NCBI GenBank assembly: GCA_963743855.1
Contig: CAVURK010000006.1
Coordinates: forward strand, 36,234 to 100,233
Source: an uncultured Chloroflexia bacterium
GTDB lineage: Bacteria > Chloroflexota > Limnocylindria > Limnocylindrales > CSP1-4
DNA length: 64,000 nucleotides
Direction of reading: 5' to 3'
This document shows, piece after piece, positions 43,168 through 53,592 of this stretch (the stretch's first letter is position 1; every line of letters starts with the position of its first letter). The notes beneath the pieces were generated by a model, which did not search any database, was not told where the DNA came from, and saw nothing but the letters and a program-made list of their open reading frames with translations. Position numbers and translations under genes: made by a program.

Positions 43168-44541
43168 ATGGCATCGAAGAAGGGATCGCCTGACCGGCGG
43201 TCGTCGACCCCAGCGCTCCCACCCCCGTCACCGAAGGAGCCGTCGCGACCCGTGCGATCGGTGTCGCTGCTGCACCTCTATACGGCGGCGACCATCGTGG
43301 CCGGTCTGGCCGCCCTGGCCTGGGCATCGGTCACCTACCCGATCTGGCCGACCATCTCGCTGACCAAGACCGGCGGGTCAGAGGGGATCCTGCTCGGCCT
43401 CGTGTTCTGGATCGTCATCGGGCTGCTCGGCGGGACCCGCGTCGCGCATCTCCACGGCCACGGCGTCCTGACCTTCCACCTGCCGTTCATCATCGCCGCG
43501 ACCGCCCTCGGTGGTCCCGTGGCCGGCGGCTGGGTCGCCATGATCTCCACTCTCGAGGCGCGGGAGCTGCGCGAGGTGCCGTGGTACGGGACCCTCGCCA
43601 ACCACGCCGGGGTCGCGCTCGCGGCGGTCCTCGGAGGGGTCGTCTTCGATCTCGTTCGGAACGGGCCACTGGGGGCCGTGACGACCGAGCCGCAGGCCGC
43701 CCAGCTGGTGGCGATCGTCCTCGGGACGTTCGTGCTGTCGGGCGTCTCGGCGGGCATCGCCGCCGGGACGGTCATCCTGCGCGACGGATTGACGCTGCGC
43801 GAGGCAAGCCGGCTGTACGACACCGCGTACCGCACGACGTCCGCCAGCGAGGTCATCCTCGGCTGGATGCTGGTGCTCGTGTACGGGACGATCGGCTGGT
43901 GGGCAGCGCTCCTGTGCGCGTCGCTGGTGCTCGTGATCTGGCAGGCACATGACGCGATCGAGATCGCCCGCCATGACGCCCTGACGGGACTTCTCAGCCG
44001 GTCGGGCTTCGACGCCCGGTTGGAGGAGATCCTCGTCGGCGTCCGGCGCGGAGCGGGTCGGGCGGCGCTCGTCGCGATCGACCTCGACGGCTTCAAGGCG
44101 ATCAACGACACCCACGGCCACGCTGTCGGCGACGAGGTCCTGCGCGAGGTCGGCGTGCGACTGCGCGATTCGATCCGGTTGACCGACGCCGCCGTCCGAC
44201 GCGGCGGGGACGAGTTCGGCGTCCTCCTGGCGGGCGTCTCGGATTCGGTCGCAGCCGAGGCGCTCGCCGTCCGGATCTGGAGCAGTCTGTGCGAACCGGT
44301 CGAGACCGTCGCTGGCTGGGTGACCGTCGGAGCATCGATCGGGGTCGTCATGATCGAGCCCGGCAGCCGGGATCTATCGGTGGATCGGCTCCACGCCCTG
44401 GCCGACCACGAGATGTACGACGTCAAGAAGCGCAAGGGCGGCGGCGGGGTCGGGATGCGGCGGGCCGGCGAAGCGGTTCGGGTCGGCCCGACGGTCGGCG
44501 CCCAGTCGCTAGGGTTATCCTCCGCGGATGCCGATCCGTGA
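43168..44541 (+). CDS. membrane-bound diguanylate cyclase (GGDEF)
   Basis: 7-8 TM segments; HDALTGL, IDLDGFKAINDTHGHAVGD, I-site RLTD, intact GGDEF, ASIG. Confidence 0.9.
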   Translation: MASKKGSPDRRSSTPALPPPSPKEPSRPVRSVSLLHLYTAATIVAGLAALAWASVTYPIWPTISLTKTGGSEGILLGLVFWIVIGLLGGTRVAHLHGHGVLTFHLPFIIAATALGGPVAGGWVAMISTLEARELREVPWYGTLANHAGVALAAVLGGVVFDLVRNGPLGAVTTEPQAAQLVAIVLGTFVLSGVSAGIAAGTVILRDGLTLREASRLYDTAYRTTSASEVILGWMLVLVYGTIGWWAALLCASLVLVIWQAHDAIEIARHDALTGLLSRSGFDARLEEILVGVRRGAGRAALVAIDLDGFKAINDTHGHAVGDEVLREVGVRLRDSIRLTDAAVRRGGDEFGVLLAGVSDSVAAEALAVRIWSSLCEPVETVAGWVTVGASIGVVMIEPGSRDLSVDRLHALADHEMYDVKKRKGGGGVGMRRAGEAVRVGPTVGAQSLGLSSADADP

Positions 44542-45355
44542 CATCGAGGTCCAGGGCGGCCGGTTGCCGGCCGAGGACGCGGGCGCCGGTCCTCCGATCG
44601 TGCTCCTCCACGCCGGGGTCGCCGATCTCCGTGCGTGGGATGGGGTCGTCCCGCCGCTGGTCGCGGCCGGCTATCACGTCATCCGCTACGACGCGCGTGG
44701 GTTCGGGGCCTCCACGACCGACGACGTCGAGTTCAGCCATCGGGCGGACGTCATCGCGGTCCTCGACGCGTACGGACTGGGTCGGGCGGCCCTCGTCGGG
44801 AACTCGCGCGGCGGGATGGCTGCGCTCGATACGGCGATCGAGTATCCGGAGCGGGTCGTCGCCGTGGTCGGCGTGGCGGCCGGGGTCAGTGGCTTCGATG
44901 GCGACGCGACACCGGAGGAGACGCGTATCTTCGAGGCCTACGAGCGTCTCGAGGAGGCCGAGCCATTCGATGCCGATGCGCTGACCGACTACGAGGTTCG
45001 GGTCTGGATGGACGGGCCGGGGCAGTCACCTGACCGGGTCTCGCCGGCCATCCGCGAAGCGCTCCGGGCGATGGATCGGCCGATCAATGACCCCGGCCGG
45101 GTCCGCGGGCGATCCATCCCTCTCGATCCCCCGGCCAACGATCGCTTGGCCGAGTTGCGCTGTCCTGTCCTCATGGTCGCCGGGAGGCTCGACTTCGGGA
45201 ACGCCGCCTGGTCCGCGATGCGGGTCGCGTCGGCGGCACCGAGCGCGCGCGCCGAGGTCTGGCCCGACGTGGCCCACATGATCGGGATGGAGCAGCCCGA
45301 CCGCCTGGCGGCGGCGATCATGGCCTTCCTCGCACCGCTCGACCGCTGGACGTGA
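44528..45355 (+). CDS. alpha/beta fold hydrolase
   Basis: LLHAG, YDARGFG, nucleophile elbow GNSRGG, GRLD, AHMIGMEQP. Confidence 0.88.
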   Translation: MPIRDIEVQGGRLPAEDAGAGPPIVLLHAGVADLRAWDGVVPPLVAAGYHVIRYDARGFGASTTDDVEFSHRADVIAVLDAYGLGRAALVGNSRGGMAALDTAIEYPERVVAVVGVAAGVSGFDGDATPEETRIFEAYERLEEAEPFDADALTDYEVRVWMDGPGQSPDRVSPAIREALRAMDRPINDPGRVRGRSIPLDPPANDRLAELRCPVLMVAGRLDFGNAAWSAMRVASAAPSARAEVWPDVAHMIGMEQPDRLAAAIMAFLAPLDRWT

Positions 45356-45407
45356 CGCAGCGGCCGCGCGATGCGCGGCCGCCGAGCCACTTGCGGAGCG
45401 GGACGCG

Positions 45408-46144
45408 TCAGCTCCCGATCTGATGGACCGTCGCGTGGACCTCGCTGGCCGGCACCGGGTTCGCGAAGGTCAGGACGAGCACCCGGGCGACGCCGACCGT
45501 GTCGCCCTGGCAGACAGGCTGGATCGAGCGTCATGGTCCGTCCGTCCGGATCGATCGTCAGGACGTGGCGGGTGTCGGACGGGCAGCCGACCCACGTCAG
45601 CACGACCGACGCCGGATCGCTCGGCAGGTTGGCCACGCCGATGTCGGTGGCGGCCTCGTTGCCTTCGGACTGCTGGCCCGAGCGGGCCGTGACGAGCGTC
45701 CCCGATTGGTCCGTGACCTCGACGAAGGCCTGCCCACCGATGTCGTCGATGAGATCGACCCGGATGACGGCAGGCGAGGCTGGCGACCGGGCTCGGGACG
45801 GGGCTGGCGGAGGCTCGATGGCGCCACCGACGCCGTCGGCGACGCGCTGGGCTCGGGCGGGACGACCACGGCTGCGGCGTGTCGAACAGGCCGCCAACCG
45901 TGGCGACCGCGAGACCGGCAGCGAGGAGCAGAGCCGCCGCCGCGACCAGGGTCACGGTCCGTCGAGCTGCCGCGGATCCGGCCGAGCCCATCGGATCGCG
46001 GCGCATGACAGCGAGTGGATCGCGTCGGCGTGGATGCCGGCGGGCGTGGTCGAGGGCGCTGCCGATCGCGCGTTCGGGCGCGATGGACGAGCCATCGGCC
46101 AGCCAGTCATCGAGCCGGCGGTCGAGGTCCTGCGGTTCGTTCAT
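45408..46144 (-). CDS. putative membrane-anchored anti-sigma factor (frameshifted)
   Basis: ATGA overlap with the ECF sigma; short cytoplasmic LDRRLDDWL region, one TM, Pro/Ser linker, external domain with WVGC..C pair. Confidence 0.62.
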
Positions 46145-46710
46145 GCCGTCCGCTCCTTCGGGTCATCAAGTCGGTCGTCGGCGTCGATGGCTGCGCGAAG
46201 CGCTCGCGACGCGTGGTGGATCCGTGAGCCCGCCGTGCCGATCGGGATGCCGAGGACGTCGGCGATCTCGGCCAGCGACAGGCCGTTGTAGTGCTGCAAG
46301 ACGAGGACGGCTCGTTGCTCCGGCGTGAGCCGGCTGAACCCGCGCTCGAGCTGGTCCCGATCGGCGATCCGGCCGTAGTCGTCGGAACGCCGATCGGCGA
46401 TGGCAGGTGGCTCCCCTTCGTCGGGGAGCAGGCGGACGATCGGTCCGCCGCGCCGTTCGTGTTTCGCCTGCGCGACGCTGGCGCGGACGATCAATCGGTA
46501 GCTCCAGGCGTCGAACCGGTCCGGGTCCCGCAGCCGCGGGAGCTCGTCCCAGATCGTCACCAGGGTCTGCTGGAGGGCATCCTCGGCGAGATGGTGGTCG
46601 CGGAGGATGCGATGGGCCGTCGCGAAAAGGCGACCGGCTGACGACCGGACCAGGGACTCGAACGCCACCTGGTCACCGGCCGCCGCCTGTTCCACGAGAT
46701 CACGTTGCAT
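46141..46710 (-). CDS. ECF RNA polymerase sigma factor
   Basis: LVEQAAAGDQVAFESL, AEDALQQT..W, FDAWSYR, LTPEQRAVLVL..GLSLAEIADVLGIPIGTAGSRIH. Confidence 0.9.
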   Translation of the reverse strand: MQRDLVEQAAAGDQVAFESLVRSSAGRLFATAHRILRDHHLAEDALQQTLVTIWDELPRLRDPDRFDAWSYRLIVRASVAQAKHERRGGPIVRLLPDEGEPPAIADRRSDDYGRIADRDQLERGFSRLTPEQRAVLVLQHYNGLSLAEIADVLGIPIGTAGSRIHHASRALRAAIDADDRLDDPKERTA

Positions 46711-46869
46711 ATCCGTCGTCTCGATCCCCCGGCTCAGGGGAGCCATTCGGCTCCGTTCGCACGGTATGGGGTCGCCCGGCCGCGTCCTCTTCAATCTTCG
46801 TCCCGGCTGTCCAGCCAAAGGCCGGTCCCAGGCCCGAGCGAGTCGCCTCAGAGCGTCCCGGGCGGATCG

Positions 46870-46911
46870 CCATCGCGTCTCCATGGCGTCTCCACGATCG
46901 ACCGTGACCAT
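46870..46911 (+). promoter_or_regulatory. direct-repeat promoter of the ABC exporter operon
   Basis: gcgtctcca at 46875 and 46886 (11-bp period, partial third copy at 46870); CTCCACG-N9-GACCAT. Confidence 0.55.
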
Positions 46912-46990
46912 GCCCCTTGACACCAACACCGACCGACAACGCGGCGCTGGGCGTCCAGCCACGCCGCCAGACAACACCAGAGAGGACCAC

Positions 46991-47950
46991 ATGGAACCGA
47001 TGATCCAGGTCAGCCACCTGACCAAGCGCTACAAGAAGGCGTCCGTCGCGGCGGTCGACGACATCAGCTTCGACGTCATGCCCGGCGAGCTGTTCGCCTT
47101 CCTCGGGCCGAACGGCGCCGGCAAGACCACGACGATCTCGATCCTGACGACGACGCTGTCCAAGACGAGCGGCACGGTGACCATCGCCGGCCACGACCTC
47201 GATCGCGAGGCGACCGCGGTCCGCCGCAACATCGGGATCATCTTCCAGAACCCGAGCATCGACCACGCACCTGTCGGGCGAGGAGAACATCCGGCTCCAC
47301 GTCGCGATCTACGGCATCTATGGCTACCGGCCGTTCTACCGGCTGATGCCGGCCGAGTACCGCGAGCGCGTCGAGCGGCTGGCCGCGGTCGTCGGGCTCG
47401 GGCGACGACCTGTTCAAGCCGCTCAAGACGTTCTCGGGCGGCATGAAGCGCAAGCTCGAGATCATCCGCAGCCTGATGCACCGGCCGGGCGTCCTGTTCC
47501 TCGACGAGCCGACCTCGGGCCTCGACCCGGTCAGCCGGCGCGGCCTGTGGGACTACCTGCGCGAGGTCCGCAACGACCGACGGCACGACCATCTTCCTGA
47601 CCACGCACTACCTCGAGGAGGCCGAGGCGGCCGATCGGGTGTGCGTCATCGACCACGGCCGGATCGCGGTCCTCGGCACGCCGGACGAGCTCAAGCACCA
47701 GCTGCTCGATCGGGCGATCTGCTCGACGCCGATCGACCGTCCGGCGCTCGTCGCCGAGCTGCGCGGCGCTCGGCCTCGACCCGGCCGGACGACCCGACCG
47801 GCGCTGCTGCGGGTCGCCTTCGAGGCCGCGACCGCCCAGGACCTGATCGCCCGGATCCGGACGCCGCTGTCCGTGCTCCGGGTCCACGAGCCGAGCCTCG
47901 AGGAGGCCTACGTCGAGCTCCTGCGCCAGCCCGAGGAGGCAGTGGCATGA
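46991..47950 (+). CDS. ABC exporter ATP-binding protein, DrrA-like (multiple frameshifts)
   Basis: [48 protein letters not shown]. Confidence 0.88.
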
Positions 47951-48819
47951 CCGCGCGAGATCACGACCGGAGCCGGACCGAGCGATCGCGACCCGGGCGG
48001 CGCCGGTCGCCGGGCCGCGTCGGCGCGACCCTCGGCCGCGAGGTCAACGCGATCTTCGCGATCGCCTGGCGCGAGGTCCTGCGGGCGGTCAAGAGCCCGC
48101 TGTCGATCGCGTTCACGTCATCTTCCCGATCCTGTTCATCGGCGATCCTGGGCGGCAGCATCAGCCAGAACCTGGGCGGCGCGCTGCCGTTCGCCTACCT
48201 GCCCGTACATGCTCATCGGGATGATCGCCAACACGATGTACCAGGGCACGATCACCGGGGTCACCAACCTCGTCGAGGAGCGCGAGAACGACTTCACGGC
48301 CGAGCTGTTCGTCGCCCCGATCTCGCGCTACGCCGTCCTGCTCGGCAAGCTGATCGGGTCGGGCGATCGCCGCCGCTGTTCTCGCTGATCGGGATCTTCG
48401 CGATGATCTTCGTGATGCAGATCCCGATGGACGCGGGCGACCTGCTCCGGGTCCTCGCCCTGGCGCCGGTCCTCGCCCTCGCCGGCGGCGCGCTCGGCGT
48501 CTTCTTCATCGGCTTCACCCAGGATCCCAAGGTCGTCGGCCGTCGGCGTCCCGCTGCTGATCTTCCCGCAGATGTTCCTGTCCGGGGCGCTCATCCCGGT
48601 CGCCGCCTCGACCGGGCATCCTGGGCTTCCTGGCGCAAGATCATCCCGATGACCTACAGCATCGACCTGGCCCGCAACATCTTCTACTGGGGCAAGCCCG
48701 AGTACGCGGCGGCGGTCCTCAACAGCGCCGGGCTCGACCTGGCCGTGACGGTCGGCTTCTTCCTGGTCTTCACGATCGTCGGGACGTTCCTGTTCGTCCG
48801 CGCGGACCGGAACAGATAA
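47947..48819 (+). CDS. ABC-2 type permease (multiple frameshifts)
   Basis: [43 protein letters not shown], hydrophobic segments. Confidence 0.82.
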   Translation: MTARDHDRSRTERSRPGRRRSPGRVGATLGREVNAIFAIAWREVLRAVKSPLSIAFTSSSRSCSSAILGGSISQNLGGALPFAYLPVHAHRDDRQHDVPGHDHRGHQPRRGARERLHGRAVRRPDLALRRPARQADRVGRSPPLFSLIGIFAMIFVMQIPMDAGDLLRVLALAPVLALAGGALGVFFIGFTQDPKVVGRRRPAADLPADVPVRGAHPGRRLDRASWASWRKIIPMTYSIDLARNIFYWGKPEYAAAVLNSAGLDLAVTVGFFLVFTIVGTFLFVRADRNR

Positions 48820-48825
48820 CGCCGC

Positions 48826-48858
48826 TCTCAGCGTCATCTCAGACGGCCGACCCAGGAT
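48826..48858 (+). promoter_or_regulatory. TCTCAG-N5-TCTCAG-N10-CAGGAT promoter (OmpR/MprA-type box)
   Basis: TCTCAG at 48826-48831 and 48837-48842; -10-like CAGGAT at 48853-48858. Confidence 0.6.
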
Positions 48859-48864
48859 CAAGGC

Positions 48865-48961
48865 TGTTACTCCTCCCCGCACGGACGCCGGCGGGCCCCG
48901 GATCGGACTGACGATCTCCTCCCTGTCAGTCAGGATCGCGGCCCGCCGGCGTTCGATCTTT
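48865..48961 (+). ncRNA. candidate small regulatory RNA with two CUCCUCCC anti-SD motifs
   Basis: CTCCTCCC at 48870 and in the loop at 48916; 16-bp + 4-bp + 7-bp nested stem spanning 48882-48955; TCTTT tail; no plausible ORF. Confidence 0.6.
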
Positions 48962-49005
48962 CCGACGACTTGACCCGTTCGCCGTCCGGACCCACCCTTA
49001 CCCAC

Positions 49006-50232
49006 ATGACCCGACGGCCCATGATCGGCGTCGGTGCCGTCGTGGTCGCCGTCGCGATCACCGTGGGGATCGCCCTCGGTGCGCCCTCCGGCGGGCCGAA
49101 GCCCGGTCCCTCGTCCGACCCATCAGCCCCAGCCGACGGTGGCTCGGCCGCGTCCGTCCCGACCCCCCTGCCGATCCCCGGGCACGAGGTCTTCGGCTTC
49201 GTCCCGTACTGGGAGATGAACGGCGACATCGCCGCGCACGTGGCCGCGACCGATCTGACGACGCTCGCCCTCTTCTCCGTGACCCACACGAAGACCGGCG
49301 CGATCGACACCAAGCAGACCGGCTACAAGCGGATCACCGGCGACATCGGAACGCAGCTGATCCGCGAAGCGCACGCGCGTGGGACACACGTCCAGTTCGT
49401 CTATTCCAGCTTCGGGACGGCCCGCAACAAGACCCTGTTCACGTCGCTGAAGATCCAGGACGCGACGATCGCGGGCCTCGTCGCGCTCGCCTCCCAGGTC
49501 GGGGTCGACGGCATCGATGTCGACGTCGAGCAGCTCGGGCCAGAGCTCGTCCCGGCCTACGGCGCATTCGTCGGGCGGCTTCGCGCAGCGCTCCGTGCGG
49601 CGATCCCGGATGCGTCCGTCTCGGTCGCCACGACATCGGGATTGAACGGCGCGGCCATGGCGGTGGCCGCGATCGGCGGCGGCGCGGACCGTGTCTTCCT
49701 GATGGGCTATGACTACCACTACGGAGGCTCCGAGGTCGGCGCGTCCGCGCCGATGGCCCGCCGTGACGGCGCCGTCCAGGACCTCCCATGGTCGCTCGAT
49801 CTCTATGCCGCGGCCGGCGTCCCGGTCGACAAGACGATCCTGGGGCTGCCGCTGTACGGGACGCGCTGGCGGGTCGCCGGGCCGGAGCTCGGCGCGCCGC
49901 GGCTCGGCAACGGCGCGATCTGGGTCCCTGCCGACAACCCGAAGTTCCTCGCCGATCCGCCCGCCCCGCCCGAGTTCGACCCCCTCGAGGTCGTCGAGTT
50001 CTACGCGGTCGCCCCGACGGTCAGCCCGGTCCCCGGCGATTCGCGCGCGACGGCGGGCTGGCAGGCCATCTATGTCGACTCGCCCGAGACCCTCACCCCA
50101 AAGCTGGCTCTCGCCGACGACCGTGGTCTGGCCGGTGCCGGTTTCTGGGCGATCGGGTACGAGCGCGGCCTGCCGGGCTACGGCGACCTCATCGCCCGCT
50201 TCGCAGCCGGCAAGCTCGAATCCTCACCGTAG
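49006..50232 (+). CDS. membrane-anchored GH18 family glycoside hydrolase (chitinase / peptidoglycan hydrolase-like)
   Basis: N-terminal TM, FGFVPYW, catalytic DGIDVDVE (DxxDxDxE), LMGYDY, LGLPLYG, GAGFWAIG; own promoter TTGACC-17-CACCCT just before the ATG. Confidence 0.85.
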   Translation: MTRRPMIGVGAVVVAVAITVGIALGAPSGGPKPGPSSDPSAPADGGSAASVPTPLPIPGHEVFGFVPYWEMNGDIAAHVAATDLTTLALFSVTHTKTGAIDTKQTGYKRITGDIGTQLIREAHARGTHVQFVYSSFGTARNKTLFTSLKIQDATIAGLVALASQVGVDGIDVDVEQLGPELVPAYGAFVGRLRAALRAAIPDASVSVATTSGLNGAAMAVAAIGGGADRVFLMGYDYHYGGSEVGASAPMARRDGAVQDLPWSLDLYAAAGVPVDKTILGLPLYGTRWRVAGPELGAPRLGNGAIWVPADNPKFLADPPAPPEFDPLEVVEFYAVAPTVSPVPGDSRATAGWQAIYVDSPETLTPKLALADDRGLAGAGFWAIGYERGLPGYGDLIARFAAGKLESSP

Positions 50233-50274
50233 CAGCGGGATCTCGGCTGCCTGACGCGCACCTATCATGGACGC

Positions 50275-53200
50275 ATGGTGGCCGGGGAAGGGGCCGACAA
50301 GGCGACTGACAGGGGCGTCCGCAGGGCGTCGAATCTTCTCGTCCTCGGTTCATCCGCGGGCGGGATCGAGGCGCTGTCGCGCGTGGTCGCCGACCTGCCG
50401 GCGGATCTCCCAGCCGCGGTCGTCATCGCCCAGCACCTTGACCCCCGGCGGTCGAGCCACCTGGCCGAGATCCTGGAGCGCCACGCTGTCCTGCCGATCA
50501 CGGTCATCGACGGGATCACACGGCTCGAGGACGGCGTCATCTTCGTCGTCCCCGCGAACCGCCTCGTCGAGGTCACCGAGGACGGGCTGCGGCTTCGGCC
50601 CGCCCGACGCGGAGCGATCGCGCCGTCCGTCGACCTCCTGTTCACGAGCGCAGCCCAGGACCCATGGCGAGCGCGTCATCGCGGTCGTCCTGACCGGGAC
50701 CGGGTCCGACGGATCGGCCGGAGCCTGGAACGTGAAGCAGGCCGGCGGGACCGTCGTCGTCGAGAACCCCGAGACCGCCATGTTCGCGTCGATGCCGGCT
50801 TCCGTGTCGCCGTCACTGGTGGATGCGACGGCCGACCTCGACGCCCTCGGCAACGTCATCGTGGGCATCCTCCAGGTCATCGAACGGCCGGCGCGAGCCC
50901 GGTCGACGACGACGCCTTCGGCCGGCTGCTCGACCGCATCCGCGATCGGAGCGGGATCGACTTCGGCGCCTACAAGCCGGCCACCATCGTCCGCCGCCTG
51001 CGAGGGTCGGATGCGGGCGACCGGGAGCGCGGACATCGCCGGCTACGCCGCGCTCATCGAGCGGGACGCGACCGAGTACGACCGGCTGATCAGCAGCCTG
51101 CTGATCAAGGTCACCGGGTTCTTCCGCGACGCGCGGCTGTGGGACCACGTGCGCGATCGAGATCATCCCGGGGCTGCTCGAGACGGCCCGGCGCGAACGG
51201 CGCGAGCTGCGCGTCTGGTCGGCCGGGTGTTCGTCGGGCGAGGAGGCGTACTCCTTGGCGATGACCATCGCGGAGGCGCAGCGCGACGACCCAGACCTGT
51301 CGACGTCCGGATCTTCGGGACCGACATCGATCCGGGCGGCGATCGCGTTCGCGAGACGCGGCATCTATCCGGCCGGCGCCGTGCAGGACGTTCCGACCGC
51401 GCTGCGGAGCCGATACTTCATCCGCTCCGGCACGGGCTTCGACGTCGTCAAGCGGCTGCGCGCCGAGGTGGTCTTCGGCGAGCACGACCTGAGCGCGCGG
51501 GTGCCGTTCCCGCGGATCGACCTGCTCCTGTGTCGCAACGTGCTGATCTACTTCACACCCAGGCTGCAGCGCGCCGCGCTCGAGACCTTCGCGTTCTCGC
51601 TGCGGACCGGCGGCGGTCCTGGTCCTCGGCCAGTCCGAGTCCGTGACGGCATCACCCGGCGCCGTATGCTGAGGACCACGCGCGGCTGCGGATCTACCGA
51701 CGGCTGCCCGGTCATCGAACGGTCCCGCACGCGTGGCCGAAGGTGGTTCACACGGCTCGAGAACCCGCCACCCGTTTGAGCATGGCCATCGATTCGACGC
51801 GTCGCGATGCGGCAGCGGCGCTCGATCCCGCCGCGACGGCGGAGTCGATCCTGCTCGGGCTCGACGTCGGCGTCGTCGTCGTCGATCCGCACTACGACAT
51901 CGTGCGCATCAACACGGCCGCGCGACGCGTGCTCGGCGTCCATGGCACGGCCTTCGAGCAGGACTTCATCCATCTCGCCGACGTGCTGCCATCGAGCGCC
52001 GTCCGCAGCGCTATCGACGCGGCCCTCCGCGGCAAGCCCAGCCACGGGGTCTACGAGATCGAATCGGTCGACGTCGCCACCGACGCGACGCGCTTCATCG
52101 AGGCGCACGTCCGTCCCGATCGCGGGTTCACCGGGACGGTCGATGGCGGCCGTCATCGAGCTGACCGACATCACCGCGATCGAGCGCGAGCGCCGGGGCC
52201 ACGCCCGCACACGCCAGCGTCTCGACAAGGCCGCGGCACTCAACGAGCGCCTGTTGCGCGCCAACGACGAGCTGACCGCCTTGATCGCCGAGCTCCGCCT
52301 GTCGAACTCGGCGATGCTCCGTTCGAGCGAGGACGCGCAGGCCGGGCGCGAGGAGGTCGAGACCCTCAACGAGGAGTTCCAGGCGACCAACGAGGAGCTC
52401 GAGACGCTCAACGAGGAGCTGACCGCGACCGTCGAGGAGCTCCGCATCGCCAACGAGGACCTCGCCGCCCGGACCGAGGACCTCCGTCTCCAGGCTGCTC
52501 GCCATCGAGCAGCAGAAGCGGGCGACCGAGGAGGAGCACGACCGCCTCGGGTCGATCCTGGCCAGCATCGGCGACGCCGTCGTCGCAGTCGATCACGACG
52601 GCAAGACGGTCCTCACGAACCTCGTCTATGACCGGCTGTTCGGCGGGCCGGACGCCGAGATCCGGCTGGAGGACGTGGCCGGTCTGCCGTTCCTGCCCGA
52701 GGACCGGCCCCAGCGTCGGGCCGCCCGCGGCGAACGGTTCCGGATCGAGTTCGCGGTCAGCGATCCCGACGGGCAGCGGCACTGGTTCGAGGCGGTGGCC
52801 GAGCCCCTGACAGTGAAGGATCGGACGTGGGGCGGCGTCGTCTCGATCCGCGACGTCTCGGAGCGGACGATGCGCCTCAGCCTGGAACGGCTGATGGGCG
52901 CCGCCGGCCACGAGCTCAAGACGCCGACGGCGGCGATCCACAACTACCTGCAGCTGATCGCGCGACGCCTGGCCAGTGGCGAGACGGACGATGCCGACCT
53001 GTACACGGGCCGGGCGATGATCCAGGCCCAGCGGCTCGACGAGCTGGTCGACCGGCTGTTCGACGTCACGCGCATCCGCAGCGGGCGGCTCGAGATCGTC
53101 ACCGAGCGGGTGGACCTGGTCAGGATCGTCCGCGAGGCGACCGAGGTGTCGTCGGTCATGGTCAACGCCCCGGCGATCGAGTTCAGCGCGAAGCCCGCCT

Positions 53201-53592
53201 CGCTCCCGATCCAGGGCGACGCCGGTCGCCTCGAGCAGGTCTTCCTCAATCTCGTGGCCAACGCCATCGAGCATGCCGCGGGGACCGGCTCGATCGAGGT
53301 CTCGGTCAGGCGATCGGGCGCCTTCGCGGCGGTCGAGGTTCGCGATCACGGCCGTGGCATCGCCGCGGAGGATCTGCCCGTCCTGTTCGAGGCCTACACC
53401 CGCCTCGGCCAACCACAGACCGTGTCGGGCCTCGGGCTCGGCCTGTTCGTCGCCCGCGAGATCATCGCGGCCCACGGCGGCTCGATCACGGTGACGTCGG
53501 AGATCGGAACGGGCACGACCTTCACGGTCCGGCTGCCGGCAGAGGCACCGGTCAAGCGCACCAGAGGTCGCGCCAGGAAGGTCGCCACGTGA
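50275..53592 (+). CDS. CheB-CheR-PAS-coiled-coil-histidine kinase fusion (about 10 frameshifts)
   Basis: CheB triad GSSAGG / QH / TGTGSDG; CheR SAGCSSGEEAYS, FGTDID, LLCRNVLIYF; PAS; EELETLNEEL coiled coil; HELKTP, NLVANA, DHGRGI, GLGLGL. Confidence 0.82.

Noticed and set aside
45400-52500. Programmed frameshifting or a pseudogene island
   Set aside because: No consistent slippery sites, no nonsense codons and intact catalytic motifs; sequencing insertion error is more parsimonious.
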